Shown in pieces: positions 28,617 through 37,924 of a stretch of 64,000 bases of DNA. The stretch is taken from the IMG/VR virus record IMGVR_UViG_3300046517_002304, positions 1 through 64,000 of that record, one strand, 5' to 3'. The notes under the pieces are model-generated. The model ran no database searches and had not been told where the DNA came from. It was given only the letters and a program-made list of their open reading frames with translations. A program made the translations under genes and the position numbers. Positions within the stretch are counted from its first letter, which is position 1; each line of letters begins with the position of its first letter.

Positions 28617-29902
28617 ACAGCTTTTTGTTTAACTAAATCTAATTCAACCCCATTAACTCCAGCTAAGGCTCTCCAGGTTTCTTCCATGGACAACTCTCTA
28701 CTAACCTTAATGTCTTCGGATTCGGATAAAGATTTATCGTCCTTAATAGAAAAAACAATATCGCCATTACTACTAAATTTTTTATCAATCTTCGAAGCAT
28801 ATTCAGTTGAACGCTTAGCCCCAAATATATTCATCTGATATTCATAACTAACCACAACGTTAGTTTGTGGAGGAACAATATTCCAATCTAAATGTATTGT
28901 GCTATTATCAATGTCAGCATTGCCGCGCAAAATATAAAACTCATCCTGATCGCGCGAGGGGGCCAATATTAGGGCGTTGCTATCGTTAACGGTAAACAAG
29001 CAAATAACATCATCATCTACGTAAACAGAACCTTTAATCGACGACGGATTAATGTTTTTATACCCTAGCCGATATGTGGTATGCTTGCCATTAAAGCCAA
29101 TATGAGAAACCGACTCATTGATAGACTTACGCACTTCTTCGCACCACTTTTCGCTCTTACCAACTCCAGACTTATGTCTAGCTAAACTTTCTTCGGTAAT
29201 CGCTTGAAAATTAGCCGCATCTACGACAATCGTATTACCGCAATCATCTATGGTTGTATAAAGTATTCTTGTGTCATCTGATGCCTCGCATAAAATAGGG
29301 TATATCTTTTCATTAGTCAATTTGTGTTTCGGATTATAGTTAATCGGAGCACTGGTAAAAATTTCATACCTTAATATGCCAGACTTATCAAACGGCTCTT
29401 TGCCTTCGGCCTGACGCTCACACTTAGGTAAATCTGCATCATTATTTTTAACTGCTATTACTTTTCTATTTTCATCCTTGGGTGGAGTTTGTTTAATATT
29501 CCAAGTTAATTTTAAAATACCGTTTCCAAAAGTGGCTTCTGGATCACCAATTAGATTGTCGGGCAAAACAATATTTCTAGTAAATGAAGACCTCTTTAGT
29601 TCTTTCTGATAAAAAGTAGCCTGACTATACGAAACATCACTTTCCATCTTGCCGGAAATTTGCAGGATTCCAGATGGAAGAATTTCTACTTGAATATCTT
29701 TATGTTGTACCCCTGGTACGGCGGCCTCTACAATATACTTGCCATCATTGGTGGTTATTGTGTCAGCTTTTGGGTAGCTGCCATCTTTAAGAATGTTTTT
29801 ATAGTTTCTGCGGCCATCATCAAAAAACTGGCTAAAAAACTGATCAAACTGGCGTTCAATGGGGGTAAAAAACTCATCGCGACGGGACATTAAATTGTTC
29901 AT
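28613..29902 (-). CDS. Hsp20 fused to the shared SH3-like module and a further beta domain
   Basis: YPKADT..AAVPG..ELKRSSFTRNIVLP..ATFGNGILKL, followed by about 280 extra residues. Confidence 0.85.
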   Translation of the reverse strand: MNNLMSRRDEFFTPIERQFDQFFSQFFDDGRRNYKNILKDGSYPKADTITTNDGKYIVEAAVPGVQHKDIQVEILPSGILQISGKMESDVSYSQATFYQKELKRSSFTRNIVLPDNLIGDPEATFGNGILKLTWNIKQTPPKDENRKVIAVKNNDADLPKCERQAEGKEPFDKSGILRYEIFTSAPINYNPKHKLTNEKIYPILCEASDDTRILYTTIDDCGNTIVVDAANFQAITEESLARHKSGVGKSEKWCEEVRKSINESVSHIGFNGKHTTYRLGYKNINPSSIKGSVYVDDDVICLFTVNDSNALILAPSRDQDEFYILRGNADIDNSTIHLDWNIVPPQTNVVVSYEYQMNIFGAKRSTEYASKIDKKFSSNGDIVFSIKDDKSLSESEDIKVSRELSMEETWRALAGVNGVELDLVKQKAV

Positions 29903-30016
29903 TTTGTTTCTTCCTAATTATTAAAAGACCTATTAAGTATCTTTGCGAGCAAACTCTACAAGATGAATGCCCTATAGTCTATTATATGAATGAAAAGTTA
30001 TTTTTTACAATAATTT

Positions 30017-30730
30017 TTACCTACAATGCAAAAACATATTGTGTTTTAGCTCAAAATTATGCTCACATTTTTGTCCATTTAGATAAACTTCATATCCGTT
30101 AGAATACAAAATGTCTAACAGCTCCTGCGGATCAAAGCCGTGATACTCCATACTGACCTTTTCAAAAAGATGTGTTTCAATTTCCAGCTTCGGCTTCTTC
30201 TTAAGCATCTCTTTAGCTCCACGCAATACGGCTATTTCATATCCCTCAACGTCAATTTTAATAACATCTGGTGCAATCCCCAAATCATCTAAAGCTATAG
30301 TTTCTACTTCGGTTCCACGGCTATCAACCATTTCTTCAGATATAAACTTCTTCATCCCGCTTTTTTCATCTGCTATATTACTGTATATCTGATAATCTAT
30401 AACGTCATTTAGCTGAAAATTACGCTTTATAATAGGAATATTGCTTGGATTAGCTTCAATAACTATAATTTTAGACTTAGACCGCATTACCATGCTTAGG
30501 GCAACGCTTCCTATGTTGGCGCCTACATCTATAACAACATCGCCAGGAGAAATCAAATCTCTTAAAAAAAGGTTTCTTTTATTCTGAACTTCAACAGCAT
30601 CATCCCAAGAACATTTTAAATCATCGCAAATAGTTTTTAGACCATACCAGTTTTCATCACGATCATTGGATATGCAAAGCTTAAACCAATTATCCCAAAC
30701 TTTATGATGCTCAATATACGGGTATACCAT
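30017..30730 (-). CDS. FkbM-family methyltransferase
   Basis: IDVGANIG, IEAN, IKIDVEGYE.AVLRGA. Confidence 0.9.
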   Translation of the reverse strand: MVYPYIEHHKVWDNWFKLCISNDRDENWYGLKTICDDLKCSWDDAVEVQNKRNLFLRDLISPGDVVIDVGANIGSVALSMVMRSKSKIIVIEANPSNIPIIKRNFQLNDVIDYQIYSNIADEKSGMKKFISEEMVDSRGTEVETIALDDLGIAPDVIKIDVEGYEIAVLRGAKEMLKKKPKLEIETHLFEKVSMEYHGFDPQELLDILYSNGYEVYLNGQKCEHNFELKHNMFLHCR

Positions 30731-30767
30731 ATGTTATTTACTATCAAGAACTAATCTAAATATAGCA

Positions 30768-31367
30768 ATGGTAGCCGAAATACAAAAATTAATAGAATCC
30801 TGTGCCAAAACAGAAGATGATATTCTTTCTTTGGTTAAAAATCCAATAGACGATGGCGTGGACTGGCTTGGAAAGGGAACTTACATAGCATACTATGCCA
30901 TAGGGCAATATTTAAGACCAAAAAGCATAGTAGAAATAGGGGTAAGATATGGATATTCCCTAGAATCAATGAGGCGAGGAAGTGGTGAAACCAAACACAT
31001 TTTCTGCTTTGACAACGAGCAAGATTGCCTAGGATCTGGCGAATACGTATTCAATAAATTAAAAGACGTAGAACTTGAGACTTTAGATGTAATCAACGCA
31101 AACACACAAGCGATCAATTCATTAAACATCAATATGAAAATAGACTTAGGGCATATTGACGGATGTCATACCTTTGACGGAGTCTATCACGATTGCATAC
31201 TTGTTTCAAAGGTTATGAAAAGAAACGGGGTTATCTTAGTAGATGATGTTCTACATGGCAAAGATAGCGATGAAGTGAGATGGGGCGTAGATAAATTTTG
31301 CTGGGAGCGCGATATTAAACCAATGGTAATTGAGTGCCATAGAGGGCTATACGTAATTCAACTTTAG
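30768..31367 (+). CDS. Methyltransf_24 family methyltransferase
   Basis: VEIGVRYGYS, HIDGCH, VDDV. Confidence 0.85.
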   Translation: MVAEIQKLIESCAKTEDDILSLVKNPIDDGVDWLGKGTYIAYYAIGQYLRPKSIVEIGVRYGYSLESMRRGSGETKHIFCFDNEQDCLGSGEYVFNKLKDVELETLDVINANTQAINSLNINMKIDLGHIDGCHTFDGVYHDCILVSKVMKRNGVILVDDVLHGKDSDEVRWGVDKFCWERDIKPMVIECHRGLYVIQL

Positions 31368-32332
31368 CCAAAATTAGCAGGATACCCTTCACGAATAAAC
31401 CAAGTCAAAGCTTCACTTACAGTTGGCCTTACCATAGTTTTAAAATTGTCATAAGCCATATCCATGGGATCAGCAATATTATCTTGCATGCTTTTAAGAA
31501 TTCTAGGTAGTAAAAAAATCGTTGGGACGTTAAGATTGTTCGCCAGAAGACCTACCCCACCCGGAAATTGAAATGAAAACTTACACCTTTTAAGACACGC
31601 TAGGGTAATGCCTAAGTGTTTTCCTACTACCATTTCTGTCTTGCAGCCTCTAGACTTCATAATTTCATATACATCCTTAGTGCGGTCGTAATCCCAAGAT
31701 GCTCCTGAAAATAAAAATGAATAATTCCTACACTCTGGTATATTATGCACACCGGTTAAAAACTCAACCCACTCATCGGTATTCCAAATGTTCCATCCTG
31801 GTCTTACCTGTCGATCTTTTTCTTTATTAGAAACAAAGCAAAAAAAGGTATTCGGACCTAATCTTTGCATTATGCTATCTGCTTCATGATAATGTTCTTG
31901 CGGTATATTTATAGGATAATGCCAATCAAGCGGCAATTTAGGAAGCCAATCCGAAAGCTTCTTACTCCGCTCAAGCCATAAATTACATGAAAGATTAATC
32001 TTCCAAGGTTTTCCACAAAGATAATCGTATTTGCCATTACAATCGGCCCAATCATCCCCCAGACAATTTTGCATAACCTCAAAGCTTGTAACAGAATCAT
32101 CATATCCAGCCCAACGAACATTAGGCGATAATAACTGAACAAATTCTTCTGCTCGCCTTAATTCATTCTTGGATGCTACTGATAATAAAATTTCACGACC
32201 AAGCTTTTGTTTAAGGTTAAATATCTTGGCTATTGCCCAATGTATATCTCCCATTCCGGCACAGCACCTAAACTGAATTACATTATGGACCCCAAAATCT
32301 TCGGGGCGATATACTTTTGTATCTACAGGCAT
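31364..32332 (-). CDS. GT9-like glycosyltransferase (divergent)
   Basis: AGMGDIHW, WNTDEW, GASWD, PGGVG; paralog of 12293 and 32994. Confidence 0.55.
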   Translation of the reverse strand: MPVDTKVYRPEDFGVHNVIQFRCCAGMGDIHWAIAKIFNLKQKLGREILLSVASKNELRRAEEFVQLLSPNVRWAGYDDSVTSFEVMQNCLGDDWADCNGKYDYLCGKPWKINLSCNLWLERSKKLSDWLPKLPLDWHYPINIPQEHYHEADSIMQRLGPNTFFCFVSNKEKDRQVRPGWNIWNTDEWVEFLTGVHNIPECRNYSFLFSGASWDYDRTKDVYEIMKSRGCKTEMVVGKHLGITLACLKRCKFSFQFPGGVGLLANNLNVPTIFLLPRILKSMQDNIADPMDMAYDNFKTMVRPTVSEALTWFIREGYPANFG

Positions 32333-32335
32333 TAT

Positions 32336-32992
32336 CTAGCTCCTTATCTTAGAAGACTCGCATCTACTAGAATTTCTAACCACAATCCAGTAACAATGAT
32401 TTTTTCTTAAGTGCTTAACATTATTCCATTTACTAGACTGTAAATTTCCCGCTGACGGGTCGCATTTAATTAACAGGTCACAAGGCGTCATACCAACTTC
32501 TAGGGTAGCATTAACAAAATCCACATGCTGCCATTGGTATCTATGATTATGGACAATATCTGCAATCTTAGCCAAAACAATTCCATTCTTATTTAAAACT
32601 CTTTTCGCTTCTTTTAAAAATGGAATAAACATACCGCTTACATTATCTCCTTCTCTACCTTCGCCGTCAGATGTTATGCCATATGATTTTTCCCAAATTT
32701 TAGAACTGTTCTCAGATGCCGCATTTGTGGGAAGATGTGGAGGGTCAAAAACAATAATATCATATGAGCCATCGGCAAATGGTATAGCGGTAAAATCGGC
32801 CACAACGTCTAAAGACAAATCTGGATTAATATCCATTCTAGTCGGCGCATAGGATGATCCAATCCACATCTTTCCAGAGTTATAGGTAACGTCTAATATT
32901 TTAGGATTTGCTACGGAACTGTGCACTTCTATTAATATCCTAATAGCTTCTACATCACGTCCATTTAGAACAGTCTTATAGCGCTTAGACAT
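32336..32992 (-). CDS. Phage SAM-dependent (probable DNA amino-) methyltransferase
   Basis: ILDVTYNSGKMW, IVFDPPHL, EAKRVL..G. Confidence 0.7.
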   Translation of the reverse strand: MSKRYKTVLNGRDVEAIRILIEVHSSVANPKILDVTYNSGKMWIGSSYAPTRMDINPDLSLDVVADFTAIPFADGSYDIIVFDPPHLPTNAASENSSKIWEKSYGITSDGEGREGDNVSGMFIPFLKEAKRVLNKNGIVLAKIADIVHNHRYQWQHVDFVNATLEVGMTPCDLLIKCDPSAGNLQSSKWNNVKHLRKNHCYWIVVRNSSRCESSKIRS

Positions 32993-32993
32993 A

Positions 32994-33983
32994 TTACCAA
33001 CCATTATCCTTTATAAAATTTAAAATTTCATTCACGCCATGCCGACCATAGTAGCACGGAAAATATGTCTTGCCTGTAACGGAACCGGGCTTAGTCCAAG
33101 CAAATGCCATATCCTCATGAAAAGCAATATAATGTTCGTAACTTATGCTATCGTCATGATTCTTAGGAGTGCGTTTTTGTCTCCACCACATAGCCGTTTT
33201 TGTTCCCATATAATTAGCACAAACTCCAAGTCCAGACTGGTAACTAATCATAAATCTAGCATTTTTAATTACAGCAAGAGTATGCTCGATAGGCCATTGG
33301 CTAATGAAGTTCTTCCACCATAATTTCATTTTAGTTTTAGGTCTAATATTATTGTTATAATACTCTAAATCCCAATCTGCTCCCACAACAATAATTTTAA
33401 CTCCATACGCCTCATGGAGTCTATCGCCTAAATCTACCCATTCTTGGGCAGTAAAAATTAGCCCTCTATTATGACCAGAATGAGAGCAATTTCCACCCTC
33501 TCCGGCTATAAAGAAAATAACATACTCGCCCATAGTATCTTTAAATTTATTTGTGTACTCTTTTTCAGCATCTAACCAATTAAACTCATTGAATATTTCA
33601 AAATTAGATTCAACGTCTGGCAACCAGTCCGAAAGATTAATTCCTCTTTCCAGCGGTGCATTCGGCATCATTACGAAGTCAATATTTTTTAAAGATGGAT
33701 TTTTACCATCAGGAATATATCTATACAGACCATCTTCTGTAGCGAGAGGCCCTTCAAGTAAAACTGGACCATGCCTATTGACATGTGGCATAACATATGG
33801 TTCTACAGAATTAACAAATTTAAATTTTCTTAAGAACTCAATCGCACGACTTTCTATGTTATTAGCATTCCAGACGCCGACCTTCAAATCAATCCTGTTA
33901 TCGCCGTGCTTCTTAACAAGACCTTGTGCTTTAACTAAGCACCATACAGAATCGCCCACGCCTTGAGGAACAAGTATGTTCAT
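32994..33983 (-). CDS. GT9-like glycosyltransferase
   Basis: PQGVGDSVW, VVGADWD, FMISYQSGLG. Confidence 0.6.
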   Translation of the reverse strand: MNILVPQGVGDSVWCLVKAQGLVKKHGDNRIDLKVGVWNANNIESRAIEFLRKFKFVNSVEPYVMPHVNRHGPVLLEGPLATEDGLYRYIPDGKNPSLKNIDFVMMPNAPLERGINLSDWLPDVESNFEIFNEFNWLDAEKEYTNKFKDTMGEYVIFFIAGEGGNCSHSGHNRGLIFTAQEWVDLGDRLHEAYGVKIIVVGADWDLEYYNNNIRPKTKMKLWWKNFISQWPIEHTLAVIKNARFMISYQSGLGVCANYMGTKTAMWWRQKRTPKNHDDSISYEHYIAFHEDMAFAWTKPGSVTGKTYFPCYYGRHGVNEILNFIKDNGW

Positions 33984-34462
33984 TATTTCTTTCCGATAAT
34001 CTTGTCTGCTTCAGCAACGGCTTGTTGCCAATCAGAAGTACCAGGAGAAAATTTTATGGAAGTGAACAATTTATCCAATTCTTTTCGAATATTTTGGGCG
34101 AGGTTCACGAGGCAATCATGGGCGCGATCAAATGAACGAAGATATGCTTGAATGGCATCTCTTGCGTACTTAGCCTGACGAACCTTCTTAAGACACTCCT
34201 GCACCTTTTCGTCGCCTTTGGCGCTTGCCTCAGCTAGCTTATCACTAGAAGTACCCTTACATTCTATAAACTTTTTATGATATTCTGAATCATATTCATC
34301 CTCAAGAAGCGAAAGAATATAATTAGCCTTTGTTAATTGCTCAGCATAATATGAATACAAAGACGCCTCTTCTTGGAGGCGTTGATTTAACGTAGCTTCG
34401 CTAAACTTAAGGTGTTCAGGATCTAATTCAACTTCTGTTTTGCCTACATGTACTTTTGTCAT
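33983..34462 (-). CDS. UvsY-like recombination mediator
   Basis: About 160 aa helical coiled coil, next to the gp41-like helicase. Confidence 0.55.
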   Translation of the reverse strand: MTKVHVGKTEVELDPEHLKFSEATLNQRLQEEASLYSYYAEQLTKANYILSLLEDEYDSEYHKKFIECKGTSSDKLAEASAKGDEKVQECLKKVRQAKYARDAIQAYLRSFDRAHDCLVNLAQNIRKELDKLFTSIKFSPGTSDWQQAVAEADKIIGKK

Positions 34463-34477
34463 TTTATCTTCTTCAAA

Positions 34478-35887
34478 TTAGTTAGAGTTTTGTTTAAAAT
34501 TCTTTGGGAGAGAAACATTTTCATTAGTGCTCTGGACAACAGCATTCATTCTATTTGCATATGCTTCGTTAGAAATCTCAACCATATCTAAGCTATCTGT
34601 GCACTTATAGTGAACTAAATATCCACTCCTACCGTCTCTATGTTTGGCTACCCAAATTCTACCGACACCAGCCGACTTTTCTGTAGTTGACTGATTAATT
34701 GACCACAGGGCATCCAGCGGCTTAACAGCATCATACGATCCGGACAAATTACTATCCTGTAAAACAGACCCAGAATTCTGCGCATCCCTAGCGCTTCTAT
34801 TTCCTTGTAGTCCAGTGAAGATAACTATTTTTTCTTCCATGGCCAATGCTCTTAGATCTCGGATAGCAAGATAATAAGACTGATGCATAGGCATAGCTGG
34901 ATCAAAGCTAAGTTCTCCAAGATAGTCTAAACAAATCAAGTCAGGAACAAATTTTTCAATATGTAGCATTGACAGATATGATCTTAACTTTTTAACAGTC
35001 AAAGTACCCGCCGCAAATTGCTTGATGATCAATCTTCGCTCACCTATCGGTCCAACACTACTCGCCGACTCATTAACAGCATCAATTACTATGTCTCTTT
35101 CCTGAGCCAAACTGCCTACGCCTACTCCGCTTAACTGAGAATCCATTCTTAATGCCGTTTTTTCCGCGCTAAGCTCTAGAGTAATATAAAGTACTTTCTT
35201 CCCCTGTGCGCAGTTTGCTATCGCCTGCTTAGAGAGTATTAATGACTTGCCGACGCCAGATGACCCCATTACTGCGGCGCATTCTCCACGACATATTCCG
35301 CCAGCACGCAATCCCTTGTCTATCGTAGGAAATCCGCTAGTAAATGTTTCATTATTATCCTGCATCTTCATCATATTTTCATAACGCTGCTGAACTGTAT
35401 TAAAGTAATCAATACCATCATCATCGTTCTTTTCAACAGTCAAGGCGTCGTTGAAAATCTTGTAAATCTTCTCCCATTTGCCGTCAACTTTTTTCCCCAA
35501 TATATCTGTAGCGTGAACAATCGCTTGTCGCATAGTCTGAATTTTAGTGAACTCTGCTACTTTATCAGTAAGGTATTCTCTGGTTTCAATACCAGCCTCA
35601 TAACAGCTCATTACTGTTCTTAATTCATAAATATAAGCGTCCCTTTTTATATCATCATTCTGAATCTTTTCTTTAATCTCTTGCTCAATATATTCCTTCT
35701 TAGGAACCTGACGATATTTGTCAAAAAACTGCAAGATAATATCACAAATTACTTCATGAGATTTATCTTCAAAGTAAAACGGCTTCACCAAGCTAGAGCT
35801 TTGCTTAAGAAAATAAGGATCTTTCAACATTGCCCCTAGCAACATTTGCTGCATATAAACATCAAACTCGTACTTTTCTTCTATCAT
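34478..35887 (-). CDS. dnaB: DnaB/gp41-like replicative helicase
   Basis: SGFPTID, GSSGVGKS, YITLE, DYL, QGNR, AKHRDG. Confidence 0.9.
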   Translation of the reverse strand: MIEEKYEFDVYMQQMLLGAMLKDPYFLKQSSSLVKPFYFEDKSHEVICDIILQFFDKYRQVPKKEYIEQEIKEKIQNDDIKRDAYIYELRTVMSCYEAGIETREYLTDKVAEFTKIQTMRQAIVHATDILGKKVDGKWEKIYKIFNDALTVEKNDDDGIDYFNTVQQRYENMMKMQDNNETFTSGFPTIDKGLRAGGICRGECAAVMGSSGVGKSLILSKQAIANCAQGKKVLYITLELSAEKTALRMDSQLSGVGVGSLAQERDIVIDAVNESASSVGPIGERRLIIKQFAAGTLTVKKLRSYLSMLHIEKFVPDLICLDYLGELSFDPAMPMHQSYYLAIRDLRALAMEEKIVIFTGLQGNRSARDAQNSGSVLQDSNLSGSYDAVKPLDALWSINQSTTEKSAGVGRIWVAKHRDGRSGYLVHYKCTDSLDMVEISNEAYANRMNAVVQSTNENVSLPKNFKQNSN

Positions 35888-35890
35888 AAT

Positions 35891-36091
35891 TTATTTCTTA
35901 AAACAACCAGCTATTCTTTCGGCACACTTAGGGCAAATAACAAACATATTATCTAACCAATATCCACTTAACGGCTTATTTCTAGATAAATGATTTAGAA
36001 AAACCGTAGCCGTCTTATCTTTACTGTTTCCGCATACTGCACAACTCAGCATAGAGTTTTTGCTCAGGCTTATCCAATTTTCTTCTTTCAT
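35891..36091 (-). CDS. Small Zn-finger protein
   Basis: CAVC..CPKC. Confidence 0.6.
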   Translation of the reverse strand: MKEENWISLSKNSMLSCAVCGNSKDKTATVFLNHLSRNKPLSGYWLDNMFVICPKCAERIAGCFKK

Positions 36092-36092
36092 A

Positions 36093-36275
36093 TTAATTTA
36101 AGAGCACTATGCCTTTTTTAGAATCATCAATTAACTTAATGCCGGTAGAAAACTTAGAAACCCCATGCATTTCTTCAACACTCCTCAGCTTAACTATATC
36201 AAAATTAGACAACAGTAGTACTTCGGCTGTTTCATCACACATCATTAACTTTTCTACCAATTCTTTAACAGTCAT
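36093..36275 (-). CDS. Small phage hypothetical protein
   Basis: MTVKELVEKL start is common in phage small ORFs; GGAG SD. Confidence 0.65.
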   Translation of the reverse strand: MTVKELVEKLMMCDETAEVLLLSNFDIVKLRSVEEMHGVSKFSTGIKLIDDSKKGIVLLN

Positions 36276-36284
36276 GTTGAACTC

Positions 36285-36650
36285 CTAAAACGTAGGTTTC
36301 TTAGACAAATCAATAATTACATCATTCTGACAAGGCGCAGGATTGACCCATGCTTTGCTACTCCCAATCATCGTAGTAGATTCACTCTCCGTCTCAATAA
36401 TACATGGAGTCTTTACAACATGTGGTGAATGATAGTGATATATCATATCGTCGCCAATTTCGCCTATGCCACAAGTAATATTATGCGTCTTGGTCTTTCT
36501 ATTACGCTTTGGCTTATATTCCTGTTCCGCCTTAGCCCAATTCTCTAATTCGTTGCCATCTACACAACCAGAATTAATCCAGTTATAATATGCAGCTTCT
36601 CTAATCGCCTTCTCTTTTTCTTCTAATTTCTTGCCATACTTGGTTTTCAT
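36285..36650 (-). CDS. DUF2934-domain protein
   Basis: IREAAYYNW..G..ENWAKAEQE. Confidence 0.75.
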   Translation of the reverse strand: MKTKYGKKLEEKEKAIREAAYYNWINSGCVDGNELENWAKAEQEYKPKRNRKTKTHNITCGIGEIGDDMIYHYHSPHVVKTPCIIETESESTTMIGSSKAWVNPAPCQNDVIIDLSKKPTF

Positions 36651-36662
36651 AATTCTTTCTTT

Positions 36663-36914
36663 CTACGAAAAATCTGTTTCTAAATCATTATGACAGAAGG
36701 TCGTCGGCTTACTGTCTAACTTAATCTGCTCTTTCTTTTTTGAATAGGCATCTTTAAGCAACTTTTGATACCTATCAAGCTTCATGCTCATGTCTTCAAT
36801 AAAATTTGCATCTTCATCACTGAATTCACACAGCGCTCCATTGTTTGCTCTTTCGGGCGAAACTACATAGTAAAACTGATTACGATCATAATAATCAATA
36901 ATTATTTTTTGCAT
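36663..36914 (-). CDS. Hypothetical protein
   Basis: 83 aa, TAATG-coupled. Confidence 0.6.
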   Translation of the reverse strand: MQKIIIDYYDRNQFYYVVSPERANNGALCEFSDEDANFIEDMSMKLDRYQKLLKDAYSKKKEQIKLDSKPTTFCHNDLETDFS

Positions 36915-37378
36915 TATATCACGAAATCCTTAACTAATTTAATAAAATCTCTATTAGCCAACTTTGCTCTGGGGGCAGTAAGTATTCCGCTGCACTCATT
37001 AACTTGCGTAATCCCGCTGCAATTAAAGTATATGGAGCCAGTACAACAATCTGCATTCCATGGATCAGAATGAACAACTTCACCGTGCCATACAACATTA
37101 TTAAACTTATTAGAAATTACATTAGCCCATTTGATTCCATCGTCACTAAACCATATGTCTATTATGAATTCTGAAGGAGCACTATACTCAGTGGGAATAG
37201 CTCTCAAATCTTCAGAATAGCAGCCTGATACCCATCGGCTAAATGGGAGGCAGTTCCAGAAACCAGAACTAATGTAAAACTTATTATAGCTATCTTCTAA
37301 TTTAGCTGGTGGATTCCATAAAACCAAATCAGAATCTCTTACTACAAACCTGGTTTGCATTATATCACGAAATCCTTA
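36908..37378. repeat. 25-bp exact direct repeats flanking one ORF
   Basis: TTTGCATTATATCACGAAATCCTTA at 36908-36932 and 37354-37378. Confidence 0.92.
36914..37360 (-). CDS. Hypothetical Trp/Cys-rich protein inside the repeat-bounded cassette
   Basis: 148 aa; ends KDFVI like the upstream gene. Confidence 0.65.
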   Translation of the reverse strand: MQTRFVVRDSDLVLWNPPAKLEDSYNKFYISSGFWNCLPFSRWVSGCYSEDLRAIPTEYSAPSEFIIDIWFSDDGIKWANVISNKFNNVVWHGEVVHSDPWNADCCTGSIYFNCSGITQVNECSGILTAPRAKLANRDFIKLVKDFVI

Positions 37379-37902
37379 TCGCTAAGAGAAACTAATCCAA
37401 TCCTAATTCCACTATCCTTGGTCACTTTTTTACCAATATGCTTAGTGGCATTCCAAATAATTGACTTAATATAAATTTCAAATTTCCTGTTAACCAATAG
37501 TTTAGCGCTTACATCTGGAAAAAGCTCTTTGGGAACATATCTATTAAGAATTAAATCAAGCATATTCTCTTGATGATCCCCAAAGGTACGCTTGTTCGCA
37601 CCATGGTGTCTACGATTTTCCCAAAGCCGCTCTAGTTCGCAAACTATACAAAAAATAAACTTATCCTTACAATATGCCTTAGCAATTTCTAATGAATCCT
37701 CAATATATGTCTGCCGCTTAAAATAAACAGCAGCCTTAGTTAAGGCCATTTTTGTTTCTTGAATTACGTCTTCAATTTCTAAGAAACTTCCGCTGTTGTA
37801 ATTGCGTCTTAATAGCTTCCAAGAAGCATCATAACAAAGACGACCATACTTCTTATCTAATAACGCATACTCATCATTAGTTATCGCAAACTTATTCTTC
37901 AT
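37360..37902 (-). CDS. Sigma70 region-2-like protein (possible phage sigma factor)
   Basis: KYGRLCY..EDVIQETKMALTKA...KFEIYIKSIIWN; no region 4 visible. Confidence 0.45.
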   Translation of the reverse strand: MKNKFAITNDEYALLDKKYGRLCYDASWKLLRRNYNSGSFLEIEDVIQETKMALTKAAVYFKRQTYIEDSLEIAKAYCKDKFIFCIVCELERLWENRRHHGANKRTFGDHQENMLDLILNRYVPKELFPDVSAKLLVNRKFEIYIKSIIWNATKHIGKKVTKDSGIRIGLVSLSDKDFVI

Positions 37903-37924
37903 GCTAGATATATCGGTAATAACT

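Noticed and set aside
29903-30016. Possible RNA thermometer or CIRCE upstream of the Hsp20 fusion
   Set aside because: Only weak hairpins; no CIRCE inverted repeat or ROSE-type SD pairing recognisable.
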